DNA of 64,000 nt from contig CALFAV010000005.1 of assembly GCA_937946835.1 (NCBI GenBank), positions 117,234 to 181,233 on the forward strand, read 5' to 3'. This DNA is from an uncultured Verrucomicrobiae bacterium. GTDB lineage: Bacteria; Verrucomicrobiota; Verrucomicrobiia; Limisphaerales; J093. Positions within the stretch are counted from its first letter, which is position 1. The number at the start of each line of letters is the position of its first letter. The notes beneath the pieces are model-generated. The model was not told the DNA's origin. It worked only from the letters and a program-made list of their open reading frames with translations, and searched no databases. Shown one piece after another: positions 55,623 to 63,777 of this stretch. A program made the position numbers and the translations under genes.

Positions 55623-56221
55623 AGTCCGGGTCCGCAAGTCCGCGCCCTCCGGCCCCCGGGTCCGGCAACCCGCCTGCCCCCCGCCCGGCCAACTGCTCCC
55701 TGCCAGGGACGGCGGAGACCGCCCCCCTGGCCGTGATCGGCCTGGGATCAAACCTGGGCGACCCGGCCGCACTCCTGCGCGCCGCGATGGACCGGCTGGA
55801 AACCTGGAGCGCCGTTCCGCTCCGCCGCTCTTCGCTCTGGCGCAGCGCACCCGTGGCTTGCCCGCCGGGCTCGCCCTGGTTTCTCAACGCCGTGGTGCTC
55901 CTGACCGCCCGCCCGGGCGAGACCCCGGAATCGCTCCTGGAAAAGTTACAGGGGTTGGAGCGCGAATTCGGTCGCCCCCCCAAGCGGGTGCTCAACGAAC
56001 CCCGCCCGTTGGACCTGGACCTCATCGCGTTCGGAACCGAGCGGCGCACCTCCGAGCGATTAACCCTGCCACATCCGCGCGCCCACCAGCGACGCTTTGT
56101 GCTGGCCCCGCTGGCGGAGATTGCGCCCGATTTCCGCGCGCCGGGCTGGCCCGCACCCGCGGCCAGCCTGCTGGAACAACTGCCGGTCGGGGAGCCGATC
56201 GAGCGGCTGGCCCCGGGCTGA
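55619..56221 (+). CDS. folK: 2-amino-4-hydroxy-6-hydroxymethyldihydropteridine diphosphokinase (HPPK)
   Basis: IGLGSNLGDP, RPLDLDLIAFG and LTLPHPRAHQRRFVLAPLAEI. There is no in-frame ATG before the domain. GTG 55619, overlapping the dapB stop as GTGA, is the most parsimonious start but is unproven. Confidence 0.75.
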   Translation: MKSGSASPRPPAPGSGNPPAPRPANCSLPGTAETAPLAVIGLGSNLGDPAALLRAAMDRLETWSAVPLRRSSLWRSAPVACPPGSPWFLNAVVLLTARPGETPESLLEKLQGLEREFGRPPKRVLNEPRPLDLDLIAFGTERRTSERLTLPHPRAHQRRFVLAPLAEIAPDFRAPGWPAPAASLLEQLPVGEPIERLAPG

Positions 56222-56276
56222 AGGCGGTGCGGCTTCACTTGCGGCCTGCTCTTCTCGTGACACTTTCCCCGCCGTT

Positions 56277-56621
56277 ATGACCGGAATTGCCAAACCCAAA
56301 ATCATTGCCTACCTCAAGCCGACCTGCGGCTGGAGCAACGGCGTGCGCGCCGTGCTGCGCAAGTACGATTTGCCCTACGAAGACCGGGACATCCTCAACA
56401 ACCCGGCGCAGCGCGAGGAAATGATCCGCAAAAGCGGCCAGATGTTCAGCCCGTGCGTCGAGATCAACGGCCACATGCTGGCCGATGTCAGTGGCGATGA
56501 GGTGGAAGCCTACCTGTTGGCCCACGGCTTGGTGCAGCCGACCGAGCGCCAGGCCGACGCCCCCACCAACGCGCCCTGCGCCCACGAAATCCCCGTTCGG
56601 CTCGGCTTCGGTCTGGACTGA
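56277..56621 (+). CDS. Glutaredoxin-like (thioredoxin-fold) protein with a monothiol-type TCGWS motif
   Basis: ATG 56277. KIIAYLKPTCGWSNGVRAVLRKYDLPYEDRDI followed by SPCVEINGHML fits the glutaredoxin fold. Confidence 0.7.
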   Translation: MTGIAKPKIIAYLKPTCGWSNGVRAVLRKYDLPYEDRDILNNPAQREEMIRKSGQMFSPCVEINGHMLADVSGDEVEAYLLAHGLVQPTERQADAPTNAPCAHEIPVRLGFGLD

Positions 56622-56891
56622 GCCTCCGGGGCCCGAATTCCCGGCGCTCCGCACCGCGTAGCTCTCCCAAGGCGCGGTGGCAGAAGAACCTCTATCGCCC
56701 AGCAGGAAACCTGCAGGGCGGGGGGGTGGCTGGTTTTTGCCGTTTCCCAGCCGAAAAAGCCGATCCTCCAGAGCGGGGGTCAGAAGGTAGTGCTTAAGAC
56801 GCGGCTTGGGAGTGGTTTGCAGGGGAAGCGATCCTGCCAGGGCCTCACCCGACGGCCGTTTCTTGTCGTGAAGGCACCGGCGTGGAAAAAC

Positions 56892-56920
56892 CTTGCGTCG
56901 CCGCAAGATTTCAATATGAT
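56892..56920 (+). promoter_or_regulatory. Candidate sigma70-type promoter TTGCGT-N16-TATGAT, overlapped by the palindrome CTTGCG-tcgc-CGCAAG
   Basis: -35 at 56893-56898 and -10 at 56915-56920, about 30 nt upstream of the SPFH ATG (56957). The palindrome at 56892-56907 covers the -35. Confidence 0.4.
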
Positions 56921-56956
56921 ATCGCCAAGATCTCTAGCTGAAAACCGTCCAAACCC

Positions 56957-57958
56957 ATGAACACCACCAATCCAAACCTCAGCCGGGAGGTCCCCGTTCG
57001 GGTTCTCAATGGTTGGGCGATGCTCCCCCTCAATCTGATTCTTCTTCTCGGCAGTCCCGCACTGCTCATCTGGTCCATTGCCGCCGGGGTCTCCCGGCAG
57101 GGGCACCCTTACTGGATGCTGTTTGTGCCGGCGGTCCTGGGGGTGCTTGGCGGCGTGATCATGCTTTTTGGCTTTTTCACGTTGCAGCCCAACGAGGCGC
57201 GGGTGCTGGTGCTGTTCGGCGAGTACCGCGGCACCGTGCGCGAGAGCGGCTTTCACTGGGGCAACCCCTTTTACTCGAACGGGCAATCGGCCGCATCCCC
57301 GGTCCCCGCTGTTTCTGCGGCCAAGGGAACCGACAAGGCCGCCGCCGTGCCGCCCAAGCGGCACCCGCGGATGAAAATCTCATTGCGCGCCCGCAACCTC
57401 AACGGCGAGCGGCTCAAGGTCAATGACAGGCGCGGCAACCCGATCGAGATTGCCGCGGTGGTGGTCTGGCGGGTCCGGGACACCGCGCAGGCGATGTTTG
57501 ACGTGGACGATTACGAGCACTACGTGCAGGTGCAGTACGAGTCTGCCTTGCGCCACATTGCCAGCCAGTACGCCTACGACCACGGGGAGGAAAACGAAAT
57601 CACGCTCCGCAGCGGGTTGGAGGAAGTCTCGCTGGCGCTGACCCGTGAGTTGCAGGAGCGGCTCGCCAAAGCCGGGGTGGTGGTCGAGGAGGCGCGCCTG
57701 ACCCACCTGGCCTATGCGCCGGAAATCGCCCAGGCCATGTTGCGCCGCCAGCAGGCCGAGGCGGTGATCGCCGCCCGGCAAAAAATCGTGCAGGGCGCGG
57801 TGGGCATGGTCCAAATGGCCCTGCAGGAGTTGGCGGACAAGCACGTGCTCACGCTCGACGACGAGCGCAAGGCGGCGATGGTCAGCAACCTCATGGTGGT
57901 GCTCTGCGGGGAATCCGAGGTGCATCCGGTGGTGAACACCGGCACCCTGTACCCTTGA
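56957..57958 (+). CDS. SPFH/band-7 (stomatin/prohibitin-like) membrane protein
   Basis: Two N-terminal TM helices, then an SPFH core ([46 protein letters not shown]). A C-terminal Ala/Gln-rich helix follows ([21 protein letters not shown]). Confidence 0.85.
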   Translation: MNTTNPNLSREVPVRVLNGWAMLPLNLILLLGSPALLIWSIAAGVSRQGHPYWMLFVPAVLGVLGGVIMLFGFFTLQPNEARVLVLFGEYRGTVRESGFHWGNPFYSNGQSAASPVPAVSAAKGTDKAAAVPPKRHPRMKISLRARNLNGERLKVNDRRGNPIEIAAVVVWRVRDTAQAMFDVDDYEHYVQVQYESALRHIASQYAYDHGEENEITLRSGLEEVSLALTRELQERLAKAGVVVEEARLTHLAYAPEIAQAMLRRQQAEAVIAARQKIVQGAVGMVQMALQELADKHVLTLDDERKAAMVSNLMVVLCGESEVHPVVNTGTLYP

Positions 57959-58474
57959 ATGGCGACGGACATGGAATCCCCACTCGAGTTCGGCGCCCCG
58001 TGGAGCGACGCTCTGCGAACCACTTCGGCGGCAGCCACGTTGCTGTTCGGCGCGGTGACGGCGTTTGGGCTGCTCTGGCCCGGGCTACCCGAGCTGGCGC
58101 GCCCGGCCCTGGGGGCGCTTCCCCCGTTGATGCTGGTCGTGGGCGTGCTCGGGGTGGTGCGCGGGTACACGCTCGAGCCGGACATGTTGCGCGTGCGCCG
58201 ATTGTTTTGGGAAACGCGCATTCCGCTGAGCGGCCTGCGCTCCTGCCGATGGGAGCCGGAGGCGGTGCGGCGCGCACTGCGCTTGTTGGGCAACGGCGGC
58301 CTTTACGCCTACTGGGGGGTGTTCTGGAACCGCCGGCTGGGCCTGTTTCGCCTGTACGCCACGGACCTGGACCGCGCGGTGGTGTTGCGCTTCGATCGCC
58401 GGGTCGTGGTGGTCAGCCCCGACCGGCCGGATGCGTTGGTGCGCGCGCTTTCCCCGGGCACCCAATCGGGCTGA
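57959..58474 (+). CDS. Two-TM protein with a C-terminal bacterial PH (bPH_5-like) domain
   Basis: The ATG directly abuts the SPFH stop (0-nt gap). Two hydrophobic helices are followed by [34 protein letters not shown], resembling bacterial PH domains (from memory). Confidence 0.6.
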   Translation: MATDMESPLEFGAPWSDALRTTSAAATLLFGAVTAFGLLWPGLPELARPALGALPPLMLVVGVLGVVRGYTLEPDMLRVRRLFWETRIPLSGLRSCRWEPEAVRRALRLLGNGGLYAYWGVFWNRRLGLFRLYATDLDRAVVLRFDRRVVVVSPDRPDALVRALSPGTQSG

Positions 58475-58480
58475 GGGCGT

Positions 58481-58675
58481 ATGGCTGAGCGGAAGGCTTT
58501 TCTGTTGCGCATGGACCCGGCGCTGTGGGCCGAGCTGGAGGCCTGGGCGCAGGCCGAGTTGCGCAGTGTCAACGGTCAGATCGAATACCTGCTGCGCGAG
58601 GCGGTCCGGCGCCGGCGCCAGAATCTGACCGCGCCGGTTCAAGAAAACCAAACCGAGGCCTCGCCGAACCGCTGA
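58481..58675 (+). CDS. Arc/MetJ-type ribbon-helix-helix DNA-binding protein
   Basis: [38 protein letters not shown] fits the Arc-like beta-strand, helix, helix pattern. The protein is 64 aa and the gene starts 6 nt after the preceding stop, with a GAGGG upstream. Confidence 0.7.
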   Translation: MAERKAFLLRMDPALWAELEAWAQAELRSVNGQIEYLLREAVRRRRQNLTAPVQENQTEASPNR

Positions 58676-58690
58676 GCCGACCCCGAGACC

Positions 58691-59191
58691 ATGAACCGCA
58701 CGGGCCTTTTGCTGGTGCTCTTCGGTCTGACCTTGCTGGTGGCCGCGGCGGACGTGGCCTGGCTTTACCCGCAAATGCCCGAGCTGATGGCCACCAAGTT
58801 CGGTTCCGGCGGCCGGCCCGTGGCCTGGTCCCCGCGCGACACTTTTCTCACGCTGCACCTGTTCAGTCTGGGGTTTGTGAGCGCCCTGATCGTCGGGCTT
58901 TGGCTGGCCCTGCCCCGGCTGCCGGTCTCGATGATCAACCTGCCGCATCGGACCTGGTGGCTGGCGCCGGGCCGAGCCGAGTTCACGCGCCAGCGCCTGG
59001 GCAATTTTGTTCTCGGACTGGGCACCCTGTTGTCGGCCTACGTGACCGCTCTGGGCGACCTGACCATGCGGGCCAACCTTTCGCCCCCGCCGCGGCTGGG
59101 ACCGGCCTTCTGGGTCGTGACCGTGCTTTTCCTGGCCGGCTCGCTGGGAATGGTTGGGTGGTTGTACCTGGGGTGCCGCCGGCCCGAGTGA
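58691..59191 (+). CDS. DUF1648-like four-TM membrane protein
   Basis: The N-terminal TM is followed by YPQMPELMATKFGSGGRPVAWSPRDTF, resembling the DUF1648 motif found at the N-terminus of SdpI-type proteins (from memory). Three further helices follow. Confidence 0.55.
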   Translation: MNRTGLLLVLFGLTLLVAAADVAWLYPQMPELMATKFGSGGRPVAWSPRDTFLTLHLFSLGFVSALIVGLWLALPRLPVSMINLPHRTWWLAPGRAEFTRQRLGNFVLGLGTLLSAYVTALGDLTMRANLSPPPRLGPAFWVVTVLFLAGSLGMVGWLYLGCRRPE

Positions 59192-59362
59192 GGAAACCAA
59201 GCGGATCCGGGCCAAACGCCGGATAGAATCCACGGGTGCCCGCCTCACCTTGACAGGCCGTGGGGGCCGCCCGCAGGCTGCGGGGCATTCGCGGCGGCCA
59301 CCGGACCCCACGTGGCAAGGGGCGGGGGTGCCCGCCCGTCGGGCCGGGGCGTTGGACCATTC

Positions 59363-60976
59363 ATGAAAGCACGACAATGGCTCGGTGTGTGTCTGGGACT
59401 GGCGGGTTTTGCCCTGCCGTGGTGGGTGGCGTTTCCCGGACTGAGTTTCCCCGGTCATGTCACCTTGGGAATTTTCCTGCTGGCGGCGGCCTTCTGGCTG
59501 CTGGAGCCGGTGCCGATTTACACCACCTCGTTGTTGGTCATTTTCCTGGAGGTGCTCCTGCTCAGCGCGGACGGGCCGCTCTTTGCCCTGGCCCGGCCGC
59601 CGACCGGGACGCCCCGGGCCACGGATGTCGCGGGGGAATTTTGGCTCCCGGCCGGGAGTCTTGCCGCCGACCAAACCGTGCGGGTCGAGAAGAAGTCGGG
59701 CGGGGTGGAGCGGGTGCAGGTCGAACCCCTGGAGACGCTCGGCGACCAGGTGCGGGTGCGCGCCGCGGCGCTGAGCACCAACAGCGCGGTGCTCTCGCGG
59801 CCGGAGCATTGGACGGCGAGTTACGCCGCCCCGGCCTCCCGCACTTTTTTTGCGGCCATGGCCGATCCGATCATCATCCTGTTCCTGGGCGGTTGCCTGC
59901 TGGCCGATGCCTCGGTGAAGTACCGGCTGGACCGGGCGCTGACGGGCCTGTTCCTGCGGCCGCTGGGGCGCAACCCGCGCCTGATCCTGCTGGGTTTGTT
60001 GCTGGCCACGGGCGCGCTTTCGGCCTTCATGAGCAACACGGCCACCACGGCCATGATGATGACGGTGGTGCTGCCGTTGCTGGCCGGCCTGGGGTCGCAG
60101 GACCCGTTGCGCGTGGCGCTGGTGCTGGCCGTTCCCATCGGTGCGAACATCGGCGGCATCGCCACGCCCATTGGCACGCCGCCCAACGCCATTGCCCTGG
60201 CCGCGCTGAGCCAGGCAGGGGCGGGGGTGCCGTTTGTGACGTGGGTGCTCATGACCCTGCCGGTGGTGGCGGTGACGTTGCTGGTGGGCTGGCTGGTCCT
60301 GTTGAAACTGTTCCCGCCGCAGGCCGCCGAGTTGCGGGTCGAGCTGGGAGGCGGGTTTGACCGCTCGGGCCGGGCGCTCGGGCTGTACACGGTATTCGGG
60401 CTGACCGCGCTGTTGTGGTTCACGGAAAATCAGCACGGGATCAGCAGCAACATCGTGGCCTTCCTGCCGGTGGTGGCGTTGCCCATGTTCGGCATCGTGG
60501 GCAAGAAGGAGATTCAGGCCCTGCCGTGGGAGGTCTTCTGGTTGATGGCCGGCGGCATCTCCCTGGGAACAGCCATCAAAACCACCGGCCTGGCGGAATG
60601 GTTGGTCGGCCGGGTCAACTGGACCGGACTGGGTGGTTTCGCTGTGGTGGCGGGGCTGGCGTGGCTGTCCTTCTTGTTGGCAAATTTCCTGTCGCACACC
60701 GTCACGGTGACCCTGCTCTCGCCCATCGCGGTGAGCGTGGGGGCGGCGGTGGGGCGGACGGCGGGGTTTGAGCTGACCACCGCCCTGGTGGCCGTGGCCG
60801 TGGCCTCGAGCTACGGCATGACGCTGCCGATCTCCACACCACCCAACGCGATTGCCATGAGCACGGGCGCCCTGCAAACACCCCACCTGGTCCGGGCCGG
60901 AGGGTTGATCGGCCTGGCCGGCATGGCGCTGGTCTTGTTGCTGGCCCGGTTTTACTGGCCGTGGTTTGCCCGTTGA
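59363..60976 (+). CDS. DASS/SLC13-family anion:sodium symporter with an approximately 100-aa hydrophilic insert
   Basis: ATG 59363, polytopic, with two SNTATTAMM / ISTPPNAIA hairpin-type motifs typical of the DASS fold. A soluble insert spans ADGPLF to FFAAMADP. Confidence 0.8.
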   Translation: MKARQWLGVCLGLAGFALPWWVAFPGLSFPGHVTLGIFLLAAAFWLLEPVPIYTTSLLVIFLEVLLLSADGPLFALARPPTGTPRATDVAGEFWLPAGSLAADQTVRVEKKSGGVERVQVEPLETLGDQVRVRAAALSTNSAVLSRPEHWTASYAAPASRTFFAAMADPIIILFLGGCLLADASVKYRLDRALTGLFLRPLGRNPRLILLGLLLATGALSAFMSNTATTAMMMTVVLPLLAGLGSQDPLRVALVLAVPIGANIGGIATPIGTPPNAIALAALSQAGAGVPFVTWVLMTLPVVAVTLLVGWLVLLKLFPPQAAELRVELGGGFDRSGRALGLYTVFGLTALLWFTENQHGISSNIVAFLPVVALPMFGIVGKKEIQALPWEVFWLMAGGISLGTAIKTTGLAEWLVGRVNWTGLGGFAVVAGLAWLSFLLANFLSHTVTVTLLSPIAVSVGAAVGRTAGFELTTALVAVAVASSYGMTLPISTPPNAIAMSTGALQTPHLVRAGGLIGLAGMALVLLLARFYWPWFAR

Positions 60977-61002
60977 GCAACCCTCCTCTTCCCGTACTGC
61001 CC

Positions 61003-61500
61003 ATGAACCCGATCTACATCCTCTGCGTCGAGGACGAGCCGGAAGTCCTGGCCGCGGTCGTGCGGGACCTTGCGCCGTTCGAGGAAAAATTTCCCCTCGA
61101 GGCCGCTTCGACCGCGGCCGAAGCCCGGCGGGTGGTGCGGGAGGTCATCTTGCCCCGGGGCAAACTGGGCGTGGTGGTGTGTGACCACGTGTTGCCGGGC
61201 GAGGACGGCGTGTCGTTCTTGATCGCCCTCCAGCAGGACCCCCGCACGGCGTCGGCCCGCAAAATCCTGCTCACCGCCCAGGCCGGCCTGGCGGCGACGG
61301 TCGAGGCCCTGAACCGGGCCGAACTCAAACACTACGTGGCCAAGCCCTGGAACCCGGAGGAATTGCGTGCCGTGGTGCGGCGGCAACTGACGGATTTCGT
61401 GCTCGAACAGGAAACCGATTGGTGCCCCTACCTCACGGTGTTGGAGGCCGACCGGATCGCCGAAAAAATCCGGCAGCAGCCGTTGCCGGGAGACGGCTAA
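61003..61500 (+). CDS. Stand-alone response-regulator receiver protein
   Basis: ATG 61003. Acidic pocket VEDEPE, phospho-acceptor context VVVCDHVLPG, T (LLTAQA), and K (AKPW). No output domain recognised. Confidence 0.85.
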   Translation: MNPIYILCVEDEPEVLAAVVRDLAPFEEKFPLEAASTAAEARRVVREVILPRGKLGVVVCDHVLPGEDGVSFLIALQQDPRTASARKILLTAQAGLAATVEALNRAELKHYVAKPWNPEELRAVVRRQLTDFVLEQETDWCPYLTVLEADRIAEKIRQQPLPGDG

Positions 61501-61548
61501 CCGGACCGGGCCCGGTGCCCGGCCCGCCCGGAACGAAGCCCCGTCCCC

Positions 61549-63021
61549 ATGAGCATTCCCATCCGCTCCCTGGAGCGCATTCGCGAGGCGCTGGCCTCGA
61601 TGCCGGAGACGGAAAGCGTGGACCGGCCCTTCGCCGCGGGGGAGGTGTTGTTGCGGGAGGGCCAGTGTTCGGACTGGATCGGGTTGGTGGTTCAGGGGGA
61701 GATCGAGTTGCTCAAACGGGACACCTCGGGGGGCGAGCATTCGGTGGGCGGGCTGCGTCCCGGGCAGTTCCTCGGGCTGCTGTTGTTGAGTTCGGGAGAG
61801 CCGTCGTTTTTGACCGCACGGGCCAAAACCGCGGGCCGGATGCTGGTCATGCCCCGCCAGCGGTTTTTGTTGCTGCTCTCCAACCTGCCGGGCTTTTACC
61901 AGATGGTGGGGCCGCTGTTGCTGGGCAACCTGGTCAGCCGATACCGGCGCGTGGTGCAACTGCACCTGCAGGTGGCCGAGTTGAGCCGCGCGTTGGGGGA
62001 GGAAAAGGCCCGGTTGCAGGCGACCATCCGGGAACTGGAGGCCACGCGCAATCGGCTCATCCAGCAGGAAAAAATGGCCACGCTCGGCCTGTTGACCGCG
62101 GGCATCGCGCACGAGATCAACAATCCGGTGGCCTCGCTGGCCCGCGCGGCCGATGCCATCGAACCGGCGCTGCGCGCGGTGTTGGACCAGCCCATCGGAA
62201 CGACCGAACTGGAGGTGCTGCGGCAGGGATTGTCCGAGGGCCTGCGCCATCAGCCCTTGCAGACCGAAGTCCAACGCGAGCGTCTCGAGCAGTTGAGCCT
62301 GCGCTTTCCCGACCTGCCCCGGCCGTTGCTGCGCACGCTGGCCCAAATCCAGCCGGCCGTGCTCGAGGAGATGGTGCATTACGTGATTTCGCATCCCTCG
62401 GTGGAACGCAAGGAGCTGGCGCGCCGCTGGGTGGAGATGTTCGAGGTGGGCGCTTTGGTGCGCACCATGCGCGTGGCCGCCGAGCGCATCAGCGGATTGG
62501 TGCGCAGCCTCAAGGGCTACAGCCGCCAGGACCAGGCCGAATGGGCGGAGGTGGACCTGCGCGACGGCCTGCGCGACACGCTGGTGTTGTTCGGCTACCG
62601 GCTCAAGCGGTTCGAGGTGGTGGTGAACCTGCCCGTTCCTCTCCGCGTCCGGAGCCGGCCGGGCGATCTGAACCAGGTTTGGACCAACCTGATCCTCAAC
62701 GCCTGCGAGGCGATGGGGACCCACGGCACCCTGACCCTCAGCGGGGGGACGGAGCCGGATGGCTCGGTTTGGGTGCGCGTGCAAGACACCGGGCCGGGGG
62801 TGCCCCCGGAATTGCGGGAACGGATTTTCGAAAGCGGTTTCAGCACCAAAAAACCGGAGGACGCCAGCAAGGGCGGCCTGGGTCTGGGCTTGTCCATCGC
62901 ACGCACAATCGTGGAACAGCACGGGGGCCGGCTGACCGTGGACGACGCGCCCGGGGGCGGGGCCGTCTTTACCGTGCACCTGCCCGGGGCCGGACCTTCG
63001 GCCCGACCGGGGCACGCTTGA
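61549..63021 (+). CDS. Histidine kinase with an N-terminal cyclic-nucleotide-binding domain
   Basis: cNMP-binding-like FAAGEVLLREGQCSDWIGLVVQGEIELLK..GQFLGLLLL. A coiled-coil linker leads to the H-box GIAHEINNPV, N-box LILNACEAM, G1 DTGPGV and G2 GLGLGLSI. Confidence 0.9.
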   Translation: MSIPIRSLERIREALASMPETESVDRPFAAGEVLLREGQCSDWIGLVVQGEIELLKRDTSGGEHSVGGLRPGQFLGLLLLSSGEPSFLTARAKTAGRMLVMPRQRFLLLLSNLPGFYQMVGPLLLGNLVSRYRRVVQLHLQVAELSRALGEEKARLQATIRELEATRNRLIQQEKMATLGLLTAGIAHEINNPVASLARAADAIEPALRAVLDQPIGTTELEVLRQGLSEGLRHQPLQTEVQRERLEQLSLRFPDLPRPLLRTLAQIQPAVLEEMVHYVISHPSVERKELARRWVEMFEVGALVRTMRVAAERISGLVRSLKGYSRQDQAEWAEVDLRDGLRDTLVLFGYRLKRFEVVVNLPVPLRVRSRPGDLNQVWTNLILNACEAMGTHGTLTLSGGTEPDGSVWVRVQDTGPGVPPELRERIFESGFSTKKPEDASKGGLGLGLSIARTIVEQHGGRLTVDDAPGGGAVFTVHLPGAGPSARPGHA

Positions 63022-63050
63022 GCAGGTTGGTCGGGAGGGCTCTGCCCGAG

Positions 63051-63077
63051 ACAAAAAAACGCCGGTTGCCCGGCGTT
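63051..63077 (-). terminator. Rho-independent terminator of the second PEP-CTERM gene (hairpin may also serve the convergent kinase gene)
   Basis: AACGCCGG-ttgc-CCGGCGTT (8-bp stem, 63058-63077). On the minus strand it is followed by a T7 run (plus-strand A-run at 63053-63059), 32 nt after the gene end at 63109. Confidence 0.6.
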
Positions 63078-63108
63078 GAAAGGCGGTTGGCCTTCGCGTT
63101 GAAATTGT

Positions 63109-63714
63109 TCAGCCCCGGCGGCGCGCCCAGTAACCCAGGCCCATCAACCCCAGGCCCAACAGGGCCAGGGTATGGCCGGCATCGGGCACGGCGGCTCGAT
63201 TGAACAGTGTGTAGTGCGAAAGACCACCCTTGTCGAGGTTGACCCGGGTCAGCTCGATGGTGCCGGTTAGGTCGCCGATGTAATAAACCTCGGCATTTTT
63301 ACCCCACTTGGCCAGCACCCAGTCGTACCGGAAGGCACCCAGGTCAATGACCGGATCGCTCGTGTCAACCTTGTACCAGTCGTTGTCCCGAACCAACGGG
63401 GCATTGGGCGGTGCCGGGATGAGTGTGTCACCGGTAAACTTAAGGGTGTAGGTTTCTGTCTTCGGATCGTTGGGATTGTCCCCCATGACTGTACCCGAAG
63501 AGGCCCCGCCGTTGTAGCCGGGCACACCGGTCCATCCCTCAAGGAGCCCGTTGACCATCACCCGCTCGTTGGATTCCCTTGCCGGCGTAGCTGGCTGGAT
63601 GATCCCCAACACGCGATTGGCTCCCACCGGGGTGGGAATGGCCTGAGCGGTTGGCGCAAAAAAACCCAGCAAGGCAGCCCCTGCTGGCAGAACGATTCCC
63701 TTCAGTCCCTTCAT
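63109..63714 (-). CDS. PEP-CTERM sorting-domain secreted protein (uncharacterised passenger)
   Basis: Signal peptide (AALLGFFAPTAQA). The C-terminal VPDAGHTLALLGLGLMGLGYWARRRG is near-identical in pattern to the C-terminus of the 8824-9642 protein. Confidence 0.85.
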   Translation of the reverse strand: MKGLKGIVLPAGAALLGFFAPTAQAIPTPVGANRVLGIIQPATPARESNERVMVNGLLEGWTGVPGYNGGASSGTVMGDNPNDPKTETYTLKFTGDTLIPAPPNAPLVRDNDWYKVDTSDPVIDLGAFRYDWVLAKWGKNAEVYYIGDLTGTIELTRVNLDKGGLSHYTLFNRAAVPDAGHTLALLGLGLMGLGYWARRRG

Positions 63715-63762
63715 GTTAGCCCTTAGTAGTTACCCGATAAATACTCCGATATCCACCTAAAC

Positions 63763-63777
63763 GCAGCTACTATGCCA
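63763..63777 (-). promoter_or_regulatory. Candidate sigma54 (-24/-12) promoter TGGCAT-agtag-CTGC
   Basis: The minus strand reads CTGGCATAGTAGCTGCG, with GG and GC at the canonical 10-nt separation. The -12 GC is 48 nt upstream of the ATG at 63714, and AAGGG lies 5 nt before the ATG. Confidence 0.4.

Noticed and set aside
58085-63054. Two long minus-strand ORFs (58085-60886, 933 aa; 60952-63054, 700 aa).
   Set aside because: They are antisense to the bPH/Arc/DUF1648/DASS genes and to the receiver and kinase genes. Their composition is Arg/Gln/His/Pro-rich low complexity, while the sense-strand genes carry clear family motifs.
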